DNA from: Candidatus Woesearchaeota archaeon
Lineage (GTDB): Archaea > Nanobdellota > Nanobdellia > Woesearchaeales > UBA12501
NCBI GenBank assembly: GCA_014729495.1
Contig: WJJV01000006.1
Coordinates: forward strand, 1 to 38,636
Direction: 5' to 3'
Length of the DNA: 38,636 nt
Shown: positions 16,021 to 25,696 of the stretch, one piece after another
How the letters are laid out: each line of letters starts with the position of its first letter
Position numbering within the stretch: the first letter of the stretch is position 1
Notes under the pieces: generated by a model
Told to the model about the DNA's origin: nothing
Database searches by the model: none
The model's input: only the letters and a program-made list of their open reading frames with translations
Made by a program: the position numbers and the translations under genes

Positions 16021-18810
16021 ATGGAATACTCAGAGCTTGCAAAAGTCTATGAACAGCTTGAGTCAACCACAAAAAGGCTTGAGAAAACATGGATAATATC
16101 AGGATTTCTGAAGAAAGCTGTTAAGAGCAGCTCAGGCACTGACAAGAATGAGATTTACATGTTGAGCATGCTGCTGCAGGGAAGGGTTTTTCCCCCATGG
16201 GATGAGCGCAGGCTTGGTGTTGCTGCAAGGATGATAATCAAGGCAGTGAGCGTTGCCACTGGAGCAGATGCTTCTGGAATAGAATCAGAATGGAAGGACA
16301 TAGGAGATATAGGAAAGGTTGCAGAGAAACTAGTCAGCTCCAAAAGGCAGACCACACTTTTCTCCCAGGCGCTCAGTGTTGAGAAGGTATTCAGCAATCT
16401 TCAGAAGCTGCCATCTCTTGAAGGCCAGGGCTCTGTTGACCAGAAGATACAGCTGATAGCAGAGCTTCTTACAAGTGCTGAACCTATTGAAGCAAGGTAT
16501 ATTGTGCGTACAGTCCTTGAGGATCTCAGGGTTGGGGTTGCTGACGGCACACTGAGGGATGCGATTGTCTGGGCTTTCTTCAGCGACAGCATCAGCATAA
16601 ACTATGATGAGGAAAAGAAGACAATCAACCCTGATGACAGGGAGGAATACAACAAGTATGTGGATGCTGTGCAGTCTGCTTATGATGTCTGCAATGACTT
16701 CTCAAGAGTCATAGAATCAGCAAGGTCTGGAGGGCTTGAGGCTATCAGGAAGATAGGCCTTGATGTGGGAAAGCCAATAAAAGTCATGCTCTACCAGAAG
16801 GCCACAGGAATAGAGAATGCATTTGAGAGAGTGGGAAAGCCTGCTGCATTCGAGTACAAATACGATGGATTCCGATGCATTACAGGACATACTCCAATAT
16901 ATGTCTACAAAAAAGGATTGATATCTGTTAAAGACGTCAAAAAAGAGGATCTTGTTTTGTCTCATAAGGGATATTTCAGGAGAGTTGAAGCAGTAAATAA
17001 AAGAAGAATAGACAAAAAAGAAAGATTATTTAAGATTCAATCTTTCCTTGGGAATCAATTTAGGATATCAGAGGGCCATAAGATTCTTGTAGAAAGGCAC
17101 GGAAAGGTTAGGTGGGTTAACTCTGAGAGTCTTACCAGAACTGATCATGTTGTATTTCCAATACCAAGATTCAGGATCAAAGACCAGCCTGCTGAGAAAG
17201 AGCTTGTTCTCAAGAATGCTTCCAATTATTCAAAATCAATCAAGATTTCCAATGACTTCTTTAGGTTCCTGGGATACTGGATTGGCGATGGGTTCACAAA
17301 TGACTACCACAATACAGAAAGAGTTGGTTTAGTCTTCAATAAGAACGATAAGAATAAGATCAATAAGTATTCCAATATAATCCAAAGAGATATCAAGATA
17401 GACAGGATAACCCAAAGCAGACAGAGAGGCATGATATCCCTTTATTGGAGGGATAAACCTTTAAGAATATGGCTTTCCACTAATTTCCGGAGGGAATGGA
17501 AAGGTAAAATGATTCCAGATTGGTTTTATAATATCTCCAAATCCCAGTTTCTGGCCTTTCTTGAGGGGTGGACTGAATCTGATGGCCATACAGATTCAGC
17601 CGGAAGAACTTCAATAACAACTAAAGAGAGAGATCTTGCAATGTTTGCTCAACTGATCGGGTTGAAGCAGGGTATCATAATTGCACTAAAAAAAATAAGG
17701 ATTTATGGAAAGACATACTATAAGCTGATTATTTTAAAGTCAGAGAAGCATTATAAACTCAGAAGCGATTATCTAGCTGTTAAAATATTAAAATATGAAG
17801 AAATCAAGTATCCTGATCCAAGGACAATGCTTTATAATATCCAGGTTAAAGGTGATAAGAGTTACTGTACAACTCTTCTTTCTCTTCATAACTGCCAGAT
17901 ACACAAAAACAACCCTGAAATAAAGATTTACACAAGAAGGCTGGAGGATGTGACAAAGCAGTTTCCTGAAGTAAAGAAGTATGTTGAGGAGAATATAAAA
18001 GGAGAGGGATTCATCCTGGACTCAGAGGCTGTGGGTTATGATCCCAAGACAGGAGAGTATCTTCCTTTCCAGAGCATAAGCCAGAGGATAAAGAGAAAGC
18101 ATAACATAGATGAGATGGCAGGAAAGTACCCTGTTGAGCTAAACATATTTGATGTTGTCAGCTATGAAGGAAAGAACATGATGAAAGAACCTTTCAGGAA
18201 GAGAAGAGAGCTTATAGAGAGCATAGTGACAGAAGAGCCTAAAAAGATTGTGCTGGCAAAGCAGATAATAACAGACGACCCTGAAGAGGCAGAGAGGTTC
18301 TATAAGGAAAGCCTGAACGCCGGAGAGGAAGGAGTCATGGCAAAGAATCTTGATGGAGCCTACAAGCCAGGAAGCAGGGTGGGCTTTGGTGTCAAGATAA
18401 AGCCGGTCATGGAGACCCTTGACCTGACTATTGTAGGAGCAGAATGGGGAACTGGCAAGAGAAGCGGATGGCTGAGCTCATTTGTCCTGGCATGCAGGGA
18501 TGACTCAGGAGAGTTCTTTGAGATAGGCAAGGTAGGCACAGGCATAAAGGAGCTTGAAGGAACAGGAGTGACATTTGATTACCTCACTGAACTGCTCAAG
18601 CCATTGGTAATTGATGAGAAAGGCAGGCAGGTAAGGATAAAACCTTCTGTTGTTGTTGAGATAAACTATGAGGAGATCCAGAAATCACCTACATACTCAT
18701 CAGGATTTGCGCTGAGATTCCCCAGGCTGATAAAGCTCAGGGAAGACAGAGGGCCTGAGGATGTGTCATCAATCTCTTTCATTGAAGAGCTGTATTATGG
18801 CCAGAAATGA
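16021..18810 (+). CDS. lig: ATP-dependent DNA ligase containing an intein
   Basis: Motif I EYKYDGFR, ILDSE, EEGVMAK, KIKP, LRFPR. Confidence 0.96.
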   Translation: MEYSELAKVYEQLESTTKRLEKTWIISGFLKKAVKSSSGTDKNEIYMLSMLLQGRVFPPWDERRLGVAARMIIKAVSVATGADASGIESEWKDIGDIGKVAEKLVSSKRQTTLFSQALSVEKVFSNLQKLPSLEGQGSVDQKIQLIAELLTSAEPIEARYIVRTVLEDLRVGVADGTLRDAIVWAFFSDSISINYDEEKKTINPDDREEYNKYVDAVQSAYDVCNDFSRVIESARSGGLEAIRKIGLDVGKPIKVMLYQKATGIENAFERVGKPAAFEYKYDGFRCITGHTPIYVYKKGLISVKDVKKEDLVLSHKGYFRRVEAVNKRRIDKKERLFKIQSFLGNQFRISEGHKILVERHGKVRWVNSESLTRTDHVVFPIPRFRIKDQPAEKELVLKNASNYSKSIKISNDFFRFLGYWIGDGFTNDYHNTERVGLVFNKNDKNKINKYSNIIQRDIKIDRITQSRQRGMISLYWRDKPLRIWLSTNFRREWKGKMIPDWFYNISKSQFLAFLEGWTESDGHTDSAGRTSITTKERDLAMFAQLIGLKQGIIIALKKIRIYGKTYYKLIILKSEKHYKLRSDYLAVKILKYEEIKYPDPRTMLYNIQVKGDKSYCTTLLSLHNCQIHKNNPEIKIYTRRLEDVTKQFPEVKKYVEENIKGEGFILDSEAVGYDPKTGEYLPFQSISQRIKRKHNIDEMAGKYPVELNIFDVVSYEGKNMMKEPFRKRRELIESIVTEEPKKIVLAKQIITDDPEEAERFYKESLNAGEEGVMAKNLDGAYKPGSRVGFGVKIKPVMETLDLTIVGAEWGTGKRSGWLSSFVLACRDDSGEFFEIGKVGTGIKELEGTGVTFDYLTELLKPLVIDEKGRQVRIKPSVVVEINYEEIQKSPTYSSGFALRFPRLIKLREDRGPEDVSSISFIEELYYGQK
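16876..17892 (+). mobile_element. Intein (339 aa) with LAGLIDADG endonuclease
   Basis: Starts CITGHT after KYDGFR and ends SLHN, followed by extein Cys. Contains the block B-like SEGH and LAGLIDADG motifs FLGYWIGDG and FLEGWTESDG. Confidence 0.93.
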
Positions 18811-18895
18811 CAGCTAATATTAAAGAGTGTAAGAAAGAGAAGTCAGAAAATAGAGATCAGAAAGAATAAATGAGAAAAAAATAATAAAATAAGGC

Positions 18896-19426
18896 CTAAT
18901 CATAGGAAGGCCTTGCAATGTAGTTCTTTGAGTCCTCTCCAAGCAATGCGTCATTCTCAAGCCCATCCCTCAGTGTTGCCTTTATGGCATTGGGCTCGTG
19001 CAGGGATGATACTTTAAGGTTGATATCCTCTGTCTTGATCATCTTGTATCCTGCAGGAAGCTCATCATACTCAAACCTCTTGATGTTCGCATCGCTTGCT
19101 CCGCCAACATAAGCTATCACTACAGGCTTGACAGGATCGTCACCAAAGTTCCTCATGTCAAATGTCATTGACTTTACAATGCCCTCATCATCTGGATCAA
19201 TCCTGTACCTCAGAGTTATAGGATTGCCAAGGTCAGAAGGAAGTATCTCATAAGTGTCTGCAGGGAGTTCAGGCTCATCTTCCTCAACATCCGGCTCTGG
19301 TGAGACATCTACCTCAGTATCAGGTGCAGGTGAGCTTACTTCTGGAACAGGCTCCTCACTCTGACTGCATGCAGCTGTAAGAAATAGAATTGCAAGAACA
19401 ACTGTAAATATTGCTATTTTTCTCAT
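18896..19426 (-). CDS. Putative lipoprotein
   Basis: Signal peptide with lipobox-like LTAAC, followed by an acidic Pro-rich linker. Confidence 0.78.
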   Translation of the reverse strand: MRKIAIFTVVLAILFLTAACSQSEEPVPEVSSPAPDTEVDVSPEPDVEEDEPELPADTYEILPSDLGNPITLRYRIDPDDEGIVKSMTFDMRNFGDDPVKPVVIAYVGGASDANIKRFEYDELPAGYKMIKTEDINLKVSSLHEPNAIKATLRDGLENDALLGEDSKNYIARPSYD

Positions 19427-19544
19427 CAAATCACCCCAATCTCAGCTTTTATTGATATAATCTGCTTATGGATATGCTGAATACCTCATATTTATAAATG
19501 TATTCATCAAAAACTATTTAAATGAGAGTTCATAATTATATATC

Positions 19545-20243
19545 ATGAGCCATGTTCTGGAGACAGCAAAAAAGAGGAGGAGCATAAGGAAATACCTTGA
19601 CATACCTGTTGAGTGGGACAAGGTAGTGCAGATTCTTGATGCAGGCAGATATGCTCCTGCTGCAGGAAACCTCCAGTCATGGAAGATAGTGGTTGTGACT
19701 GATCCTGGCCAGAAAAGGCAGCTTGCTGAAGCATGCTTAAAGCAGTACTGGATAGAAGAGGCTTCAATAATTCTTGTGATATGCGCTAAAGAGGAGAGGA
19801 TGGTGAGCTATTATGGCGAGAGAGGCAGACAGTATCTTATTCAGGGTGTTGCTGCCATGGCAGAGAACATGCTGCTTACAGCCACTGATCTCGGAGTTGG
19901 TTCGTGCTGGGTAGGAGCATTTGATGAAGAGAAGGTCGCAGAGGCAGTTGGATGCCCATCAAGAGCCAGACCCCACATGCTTATTACACTGGGGTATTCT
20001 GATGAAGTCGTGCCTGTGCCTCCAAGAGAGACCTTTGAATCAAGAGTGTATCTTGGAAAGTACAATAACAGGGTCAAGAACTTCAACATAGTCCTTTGGG
20101 ACTGGAGCCTGCAGATGCAGGAGACTGCTCAGGAGAGCAAGGCCAAAGCCCAGAAGATGTGGAATAAGATGTCAGAGAAGATAAAGCATCATAAGGAGAA
20201 GATCAAGGAGAAGATGAAGAAGAAGGGTGTTGATACTAAGTGA
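19545..20243 (+). CDS. Nitroreductase family protein
   Basis: RRSIRKY, APAAGNLQSW, ENMLLTATDLGVGSCWVGAF. Confidence 0.93.
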   Translation: MSHVLETAKKRRSIRKYLDIPVEWDKVVQILDAGRYAPAAGNLQSWKIVVVTDPGQKRQLAEACLKQYWIEEASIILVICAKEERMVSYYGERGRQYLIQGVAAMAENMLLTATDLGVGSCWVGAFDEEKVAEAVGCPSRARPHMLITLGYSDEVVPVPPRETFESRVYLGKYNNRVKNFNIVLWDWSLQMQETAQESKAKAQKMWNKMSEKIKHHKEKIKEKMKKKGVDTK

Positions 20244-20315
20244 GCCTGGTAATGCTGGAGACTTTCCGGATTTTTATGGCAAATTCTTATTAAGGACTGA
20301 TTATGAATCTGTCTT

Positions 20316-20672
20316 ATGAACAGATGCATAATATGCAAAAGGAAGTTCATAAGGCCTGGAAGAACCAAATGCTGCACAAGAGTAGAATGCAGGATAAAAC
20401 TAAGCTATATAATGCTTGCGCAGAAAGGCTATGATCCTGTGATGTATTATGAGCAGATACTGCATTCAGGATATAAGGTAATATGCAAGAGATGTGATAA
20501 AGATTTTATTGCCAGATTCAAGAGAGATCTCTTCTTTCCAGTGTGCGAAGATTGTGAGATTCAAGAGAAGGAAATATTCTGGCCTTTGATTGATGAGATT
20601 AACAAAGAGGCTGTGGAAGAGGCCTCAGGGTATTTTCTGCCTTCATCAACATTTGATAGAATGAGTATATAA
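20316..20672 (+). CDS. Small Cys-rich putative zinc-binding protein
   Basis: CIIC...CC...C, CKRC, CEDC. Confidence 0.7.
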   Translation: MNRCIICKRKFIRPGRTKCCTRVECRIKLSYIMLAQKGYDPVMYYEQILHSGYKVICKRCDKDFIARFKRDLFFPVCEDCEIQEKEIFWPLIDEINKEAVEEASGYFLPSSTFDRMSI

Positions 20673-20698
20673 AAAAAAGAAAAAGCCCCCGAAGGGGC
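20671..20698 (-). terminator. Hairpin plus long U-tract downstream of ftsZ
   Basis: Minus strand GCCCCTTCGGGGGC-TTTTTCTTTTTTTT. Confidence 0.65.
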
Positions 20699-20834
20699 AA
20701 ATGTTGCCTTCACCAATAAGTAGGTTTGGGGGTGGTTTAAAGATGAAGGCAGAAACTCTGTGAAAATGAAAAATAATAAACTATCTGCCTCTTTTTCCCA
20801 GCACTATGCACTATCTGGATAACCAGCTGCCTGA

Positions 20835-21905
20835 TTACCTTACCATCTCTATGCCCAACTCATCTGAGATAGCCTGTGCCTGAGGGCTTGGCTGACTGTG
20901 GTCAACCTTGCCCAGTATCCAGGGGGACTTTACTCCTGTGATGATGGTCATCACTGTGAGCTTTCCTTTCATGTGATCATCTACTCTTGCTCCCCAGATC
21001 ACATTAGCATCAGGATCCATGGCTTCTGTAACCAATTCACCTACCCTGGATATCTCGTCAAGTGTCATGTCAGGACCGCCGCATACATGGATTATTGCGC
21101 CTGTAGCTCCCTCATAGCTTATATCAAGCAGAGGGTTTGTCAGGGCGCCTTTCACAGCTTCATCAACCTTGTTGCTTGTGTCTGAAGCTCCTACTCCGAT
21201 TGCAGCGACTCCTCCGTCTGTCATTATTGCCTTTACATCAGCATAGTCAAGATTGACCAGGCTTGGTATGGCTATTGTCTCGACTATACCTTTGATCATT
21301 GTTGAAATGAGCTCGTTCGCTACTGCGAATGCCTGCTGCACAGGAAGGTTTCCGGCAATTGCCACAAGCCTGTTGTTGTCTATCACAATGACTGTGTCTG
21401 ATACTTCCCTGAGCTGCTGAAGGCCGAACTCTGCCTTGTCTATCCTTGCCCTCTCTATCTTGAAGGGCATTGTGACTGTGCCTATAACAATTGCTCCTGA
21501 GTCCTTTGCCACCTTTGCAACAATCGGGGCTGCTCCGGTTCCGGTTCCTCCACCGAGTCCTGCGCAGACAAATACCATGTCAGACTGCTTGAGTGAATCC
21601 TTTATCTCCTGATTTGACTCTTTTGCTGCTTCTGCTCCCTTGTTAGGGAATCCTCCGCATCCAAGCCCTCTTGTGAGGTCCTTACCTATCATGAACTTCT
21701 TATCACAGTTTGTTATTCCAAGATGCTGGGCATCTGTGTTCACAGCTATGATCTCTGCTCCATGGATACCTTTCTTATAAAGCCAGTTTATCATATTGTT
21801 GCCTGCTCCGCCAACACCTATGACTTTTATGTTGGCTTGTGTTATCTCTAAATCCTGTGTCTCTTCTTCCTGTTGTTTAACAGCATCTTGCACGATGAAA
21901 TCCAT
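20835..21905 (-). CDS. ftsZ: Cell division protein FtsZ (FtsZ2-like)
   Basis: [28 protein letters not shown]. Confidence 0.97.
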   Translation of the reverse strand: MDFIVQDAVKQQEEETQDLEITQANIKVIGVGGAGNNMINWLYKKGIHGAEIIAVNTDAQHLGITNCDKKFMIGKDLTRGLGCGGFPNKGAEAAKESNQEIKDSLKQSDMVFVCAGLGGGTGTGAAPIVAKVAKDSGAIVIGTVTMPFKIERARIDKAEFGLQQLREVSDTVIVIDNNRLVAIAGNLPVQQAFAVANELISTMIKGIVETIAIPSLVNLDYADVKAIMTDGGVAAIGVGASDTSNKVDEAVKGALTNPLLDISYEGATGAIIHVCGGPDMTLDEISRVGELVTEAMDPDANVIWGARVDDHMKGKLTVMTIITGVKSPWILGKVDHSQPSPQAQAISDELGIEMVR

Positions 21906-22330
21906 TTTGTTTTGACCCCCTTTTGGTTGTTTTTTGGTTTTTTTGGTTTATCTTTTTCTTTTGGAAATATATCCTGGAGAATATGTTTTCAACTACCTAA
22001 ATATTTAAATAGTTCTGTAAACTATACTCTCCTTAGAACGAGTTAACTTGCGCCAACAAGTTTACTATCAGTTTATCGCCAACATAATAACGGGTTTTCG
22101 CCAAAAAACCTTGTATTAATTCTTTTTTATTAAACATATATAGTATAAATATATTTCTAAGATTTAAACTATATTTTACAGTATATATTAGTATGGCTTT
22201 TTGTATATTAGGAGAGTATTTCATATTTCTACTTAGAAGTAGTCAATTGTATAATCAGGCATGATTTAGGAAATAGATACATAAAATATATTGGGTAAAA
22301 TATTTATAGACTGCATCAGAACTGGTGTTC

Positions 22331-23086
22331 ATGGCATTGCATCTTATTGGAATAGGCCTTTCAGACGAGAAAGACATAACTGTAAAGGGCCTTGAGGCTG
22401 TGAAGAAATGCAGAAAGGTCTATCTTGAAGTCTATACATCAGTCCTTCAGGTCAGAGTAAGGGATCTTGAGAGATTCTATGGAAAGAAGATCATAGAGGC
22501 AGACAGGGATCTGATCGAGAACAAGGCAGACAGGATACTTGATGATGCAAAGAATGATGATACAGCACTGCTGGTCATAGGCGATCCAATGTCTGCGACA
22601 ACACACATTGACCTGATGATGCGGGCAAAGGAGAAAGGCATTGAGACAGTTGTTGTGAACAATGCAAGCGTGCTAAATGCAGTCGGAATGACAGGCCTTC
22701 AGCTGTACAAGTTCGGAAAGACAACAAGCATACCATTTCCTGAGAATGTCATGAGTGAAGCGCCATATGATTCTATAAAGATGAACAAGGCAAACGGGCT
22801 CCATACATTATGCCTGCTTGACCTTGATCCAAAGAAAGACAGGTTCATGACAGTGAATGATGCAATGCATGTTCTTAATGGAATCGAAGAAAAGAGAAAA
22901 GAAGGATTATTCACAGGAGACACTTATGTTGTGGGCTGTGCAAGGCTCGGCTCGCAGGACTTCTACATCAAGGCAGGCAGGGCAAACGAACTTGATGAAG
23001 TACACTTTGGAAAGCCTCCTTTCTGCCTTATAGTGCCTGGCCAGATGCATTTCATGGAAGAGGAAGCAGTAAAGAGATTTGAGTGA
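22331..23086 (+). CDS. dph5: Diphthine synthase
   Basis: LIGIGLSDEKDIT, YLEVYTS, GDPMSATTH, GLQLYKFGKT, GLHTLCLLD. Confidence 0.95.
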   Translation: MALHLIGIGLSDEKDITVKGLEAVKKCRKVYLEVYTSVLQVRVRDLERFYGKKIIEADRDLIENKADRILDDAKNDDTALLVIGDPMSATTHIDLMMRAKEKGIETVVVNNASVLNAVGMTGLQLYKFGKTTSIPFPENVMSEAPYDSIKMNKANGLHTLCLLDLDPKKDRFMTVNDAMHVLNGIEEKRKEGLFTGDTYVVGCARLGSQDFYIKAGRANELDEVHFGKPPFCLIVPGQMHFMEEEAVKRFE

Positions 23087-23109
23087 TAGATGGAGCAAGT
23101 AAGCTTTTT

Positions 23110-23543
23110 CTTTAATAGATTTAGATGAGTCAAAGAGGAAAGTTTATCTTATACATCAGCAATAACAATGGAAGTCAAGATATATTTATTATTATGGCAA
23201 CAACAACATCGGATAATGTAATATTCTATCTATGTTGGCAGCAGCAACAACTTTGGATTCGTACACGGTCAAATGATAATATTTTAAGTTAATAACGGCA
23301 ACAACAGAAAATGCTTTGCATTTTCTTAGTTGCAAAAGCTCTGCATTTGCAACAACAATATTGCCAGCAGACGGCCATGCTCACTTTGTTCGCATGTCCT
23401 ACTCGGCACCCCGGAGGGGAAACAGGAAATCAAAGATTTCCTTAGTTGCGCTCGCTTCGCTCGGCAACCATCCCCCGCCTCGTCTGCGGCATTGTTGTTG
23501 CCTGGAATATCCTTCTGCTGCCTGACTAAATCCAAAAGAAAAC
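23110..23543 (-). repeat. Trailer homologous (inverted) to 15481-15880
   Basis: Shares TTTAG.CAGGCAGCA, AGGCAACAACAA, the CAAATGC..AGCTTTTG.AACTAAGAAAATGCAAAGCATTTTCT double hairpin and GACCGTGTACGAATCCAA.GTTGTTGCTGCTGCC. Left boundary approximate. Confidence 0.8.
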
Positions 23544-23996
23544 GCCACCTCGCTGTGGTCAGATTTGCAGCGCTTGTCAGCGAGGCTAGGAGTATGTTGC
23601 AATTGAATAAACTAAAAGGAATAGCCACCTCTCCGTGGTCGGGTTCTTTGCGCTTATCGGAGAGGCTAGGAGTTTAAATGTTCTGAAAAATCACTTAAAG
23701 CCATTGCCACCTCGCCAACATAGCATTAGCAGCATCTTATTGGCAAGGCTAGGAGAAGAGTACAATACAATCTTCTTAAAGACATTGCCACCTCTCCGAC
23801 ATAGGGATAGCAGCAACTTATCGGAGAGGCTAGGGAAAGAGTGCAATGCAATCCCAAAAAATCCATTGCCACCTCTCCGACATCAGGATAGCAGCATCTT
23901 ATCGGAGAGGCTAGGAATACTAAAGATAAACTTTCCATATAGACTTTAGCCACCTCTCCGTGGCCGGATTTGCAGTGCTTGTCAGCGAGGCTAGGA
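23544..23996 (-). repeat. Hairpin repeat array B: 6 units of 48-49 bp, spacers 32/34/32/32/32 bp, inverted relative to array A
   Basis: GCCACCTC...GGCTAGG units at 23544, 23624, 23706, 23787, 23868 and 23949. Confidence 0.92.
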
Positions 23997-24071
23997 GAAA
24001 ACTCAGAATTATCCACAAAAAGCAAGATACAATTAATCAGAAAAAGCTTGGATTTCATAAACTAACTTCTT

Positions 24072-25169
24072 TCAGCTGCATCCCACATCCATCTCTTCGT
24101 TTTCTGCATAAGGATAGATTATATTTGCATGGAACTCATCCACTCTGAACGGAAATGGATCTGCCTCTTCAGGATCATCTGATATGCCAGTGTAATTGTA
24201 CAGGTTTCCTCCAGACTCCTTGTTGGATCGCCTGCACATGCCAGGGAACAATGGATCAAACTCATCTGCAAAGTACTGATAGTCTGCATAGCTCTTGTCC
24301 AGGTAAGGGTCTATACCCAGCTCTGTCTGCAAAGTGTCCAGCATCTCCTTTGACACAAGGGACTCTATGCCGCAGCAGGCTGAAGGGCTCAGGTTGCCTT
24401 CAAACCGCATAAGGAAGCTTGGAGCTGACTTGTTCTGGTATATGTAAAGGCCATTGTCTATGACTGTCTGCATGCCTGTCAGGCCTTGATCCTCAAGATC
24501 TATTCCTGACCTGTTTATATGCCTGACAACAATCCTGTTGGTCGCTATGGATATAAGAGGATCCTCAACACCATCCAGCTTAAGGATAGTGCTGACCTGC
24601 ACCTGAGGCCTCACTATTGACATAACTCCAGGGCTGGTGAGATTGTATCCCATTATCATGCTCACATTCACTGTCCATGCTCCTGGCTGGTAGATCCTGA
24701 TTGAAGTAAGATTGTATCTTATGATTATGTTCATCTGCTCTTGGGATATGTTAGTGAGGTTATCAAGCCATGTTGAGATATTGAGGCCTTCCATGCCTGG
24801 AAGACCCACATCCACTCCAAGATTATTTCTTATTGTTCCGTTCATTATTGACTGCTCAAGCACAGCAGTTATATTCTCTATGCGAAAATCAACACCCTCA
24901 TCAACTTTCTTTGATACAACAAACTCTGTTATGCTGTCAAATGACTTATGGGTGAGAGCGAACAAGGCTCTTGGGACATAGACCTTCTCAAAGTTCTCTG
25001 CAAAGTTATTGACAGCTGTCACCCTTACCTGAGCTCTTTCTGCGCGCTCCCTGAATGACAGAAAGTCCTGTGACGAGAAGTACATCATGAAAAGAGAGCC
25101 TATGAGCACAGCTGAGAGGGTGAAGAATATGGCCTTTTTCCTGAGCTCTGCCCTGCTGTTCACTGCCAT
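24072..25169 (-). CDS. Class III signal peptide protein (minor pilin-like)
   Basis: RKKA|IFFTLSAVLIGSLF; conserved-looking EDPL, APSFLMRFEG and CGIESLV. Confidence 0.78.
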   Translation of the reverse strand: MAVNSRAELRKKAIFFTLSAVLIGSLFMMYFSSQDFLSFRERAERAQVRVTAVNNFAENFEKVYVPRALFALTHKSFDSITEFVVSKKVDEGVDFRIENITAVLEQSIMNGTIRNNLGVDVGLPGMEGLNISTWLDNLTNISQEQMNIIIRYNLTSIRIYQPGAWTVNVSMIMGYNLTSPGVMSIVRPQVQVSTILKLDGVEDPLISIATNRIVVRHINRSGIDLEDQGLTGMQTVIDNGLYIYQNKSAPSFLMRFEGNLSPSACCGIESLVSKEMLDTLQTELGIDPYLDKSYADYQYFADEFDPLFPGMCRRSNKESGGNLYNYTGISDDPEEADPFPFRVDEFHANIIYPYAENEEMDVGCS

Positions 25170-25687
25170 ACTCTCACCTCTGCAACAAAAGGAGGGGAAA
25201 GCTCTGTCTTGTTGTCCACAACAGCAACTATTGTCCTTGATGATACAAGTGATTCTGAGTTGTTCTGCTCCTCGCTCAGGGGGCTGATCTGGGTGTAGAC
25301 AACCCTTTCATCAATTATGAACTGGAAAGAATACTGGATGGGTGTGAGATTCTGGAGTATTACCTCAGAGAAATTCCTGAGAGATACATTATATGATCCT
25401 GGATCCTGCGTATCCTTGAGATGGAACAATGCCATCTGCTCCAGGATTGTGAGCTCATAATCAGTTATGTTTCTATTGTTTATGAGATGAAGAACAGAAG
25501 GATGGGATGAGAAATCCTTTACCTGTGTTGACTGCAGGAGGTCAATAGTGTCCTGCGCAAGGAAGTAAGGCTGTGTGACCTGTGTCTGGGTTGCCTCAGA
25601 GGACCATATAGCCAGAAAAATGACTACAAGGATGAACAGAGCCATCAATATATCCAGAGTGAAAAAATAACCTCTTTTTAGCATCAT
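25160..25687 (-). CDS. Class III signal peptide protein (pilin-like)
   Basis: KRG|YFFTLDILMALFILVVI; ends EVRVWQ. Confidence 0.8.
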   Translation of the reverse strand: MMLKRGYFFTLDILMALFILVVIFLAIWSSEATQTQVTQPYFLAQDTIDLLQSTQVKDFSSHPSVLHLINNRNITDYELTILEQMALFHLKDTQDPGSYNVSLRNFSEVILQNLTPIQYSFQFIIDERVVYTQISPLSEEQNNSESLVSSRTIVAVVDNKTELSPPFVAEVRVWQ

Positions 25688-25696
25688 AAACCATCA

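Noticed and set aside
23195..23310. DGR template repeat (AAC-rich GGCAACAACAAC, reading NNIG/NNFGF)
   Set aside because: No reverse transcriptase and no matching variable repeat with A-specific mismatches in any CDS here; these are trailer repeats.
23544..23996. Integron attC sites, TIGR array or a coding 27-aa repeat
   Set aside because: No RYYYAAC/GTTRRRY ends or cassette ORFs, no regular box C/D motifs, and periods of 80 and 82 break the frame.
15005..24000. An integrated provirus or island starting at tRNA-Arg
   Set aside because: The second att-like copy is only 114 bp away, no integrase is present, and the downstream genes are core housekeeping.
23316..24148. Several overlapping 60-115 aa ORFs (also 15409-15753)
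   Set aside because: Products of the non-coding repeat modules; inconsistent between the two homologous modules.
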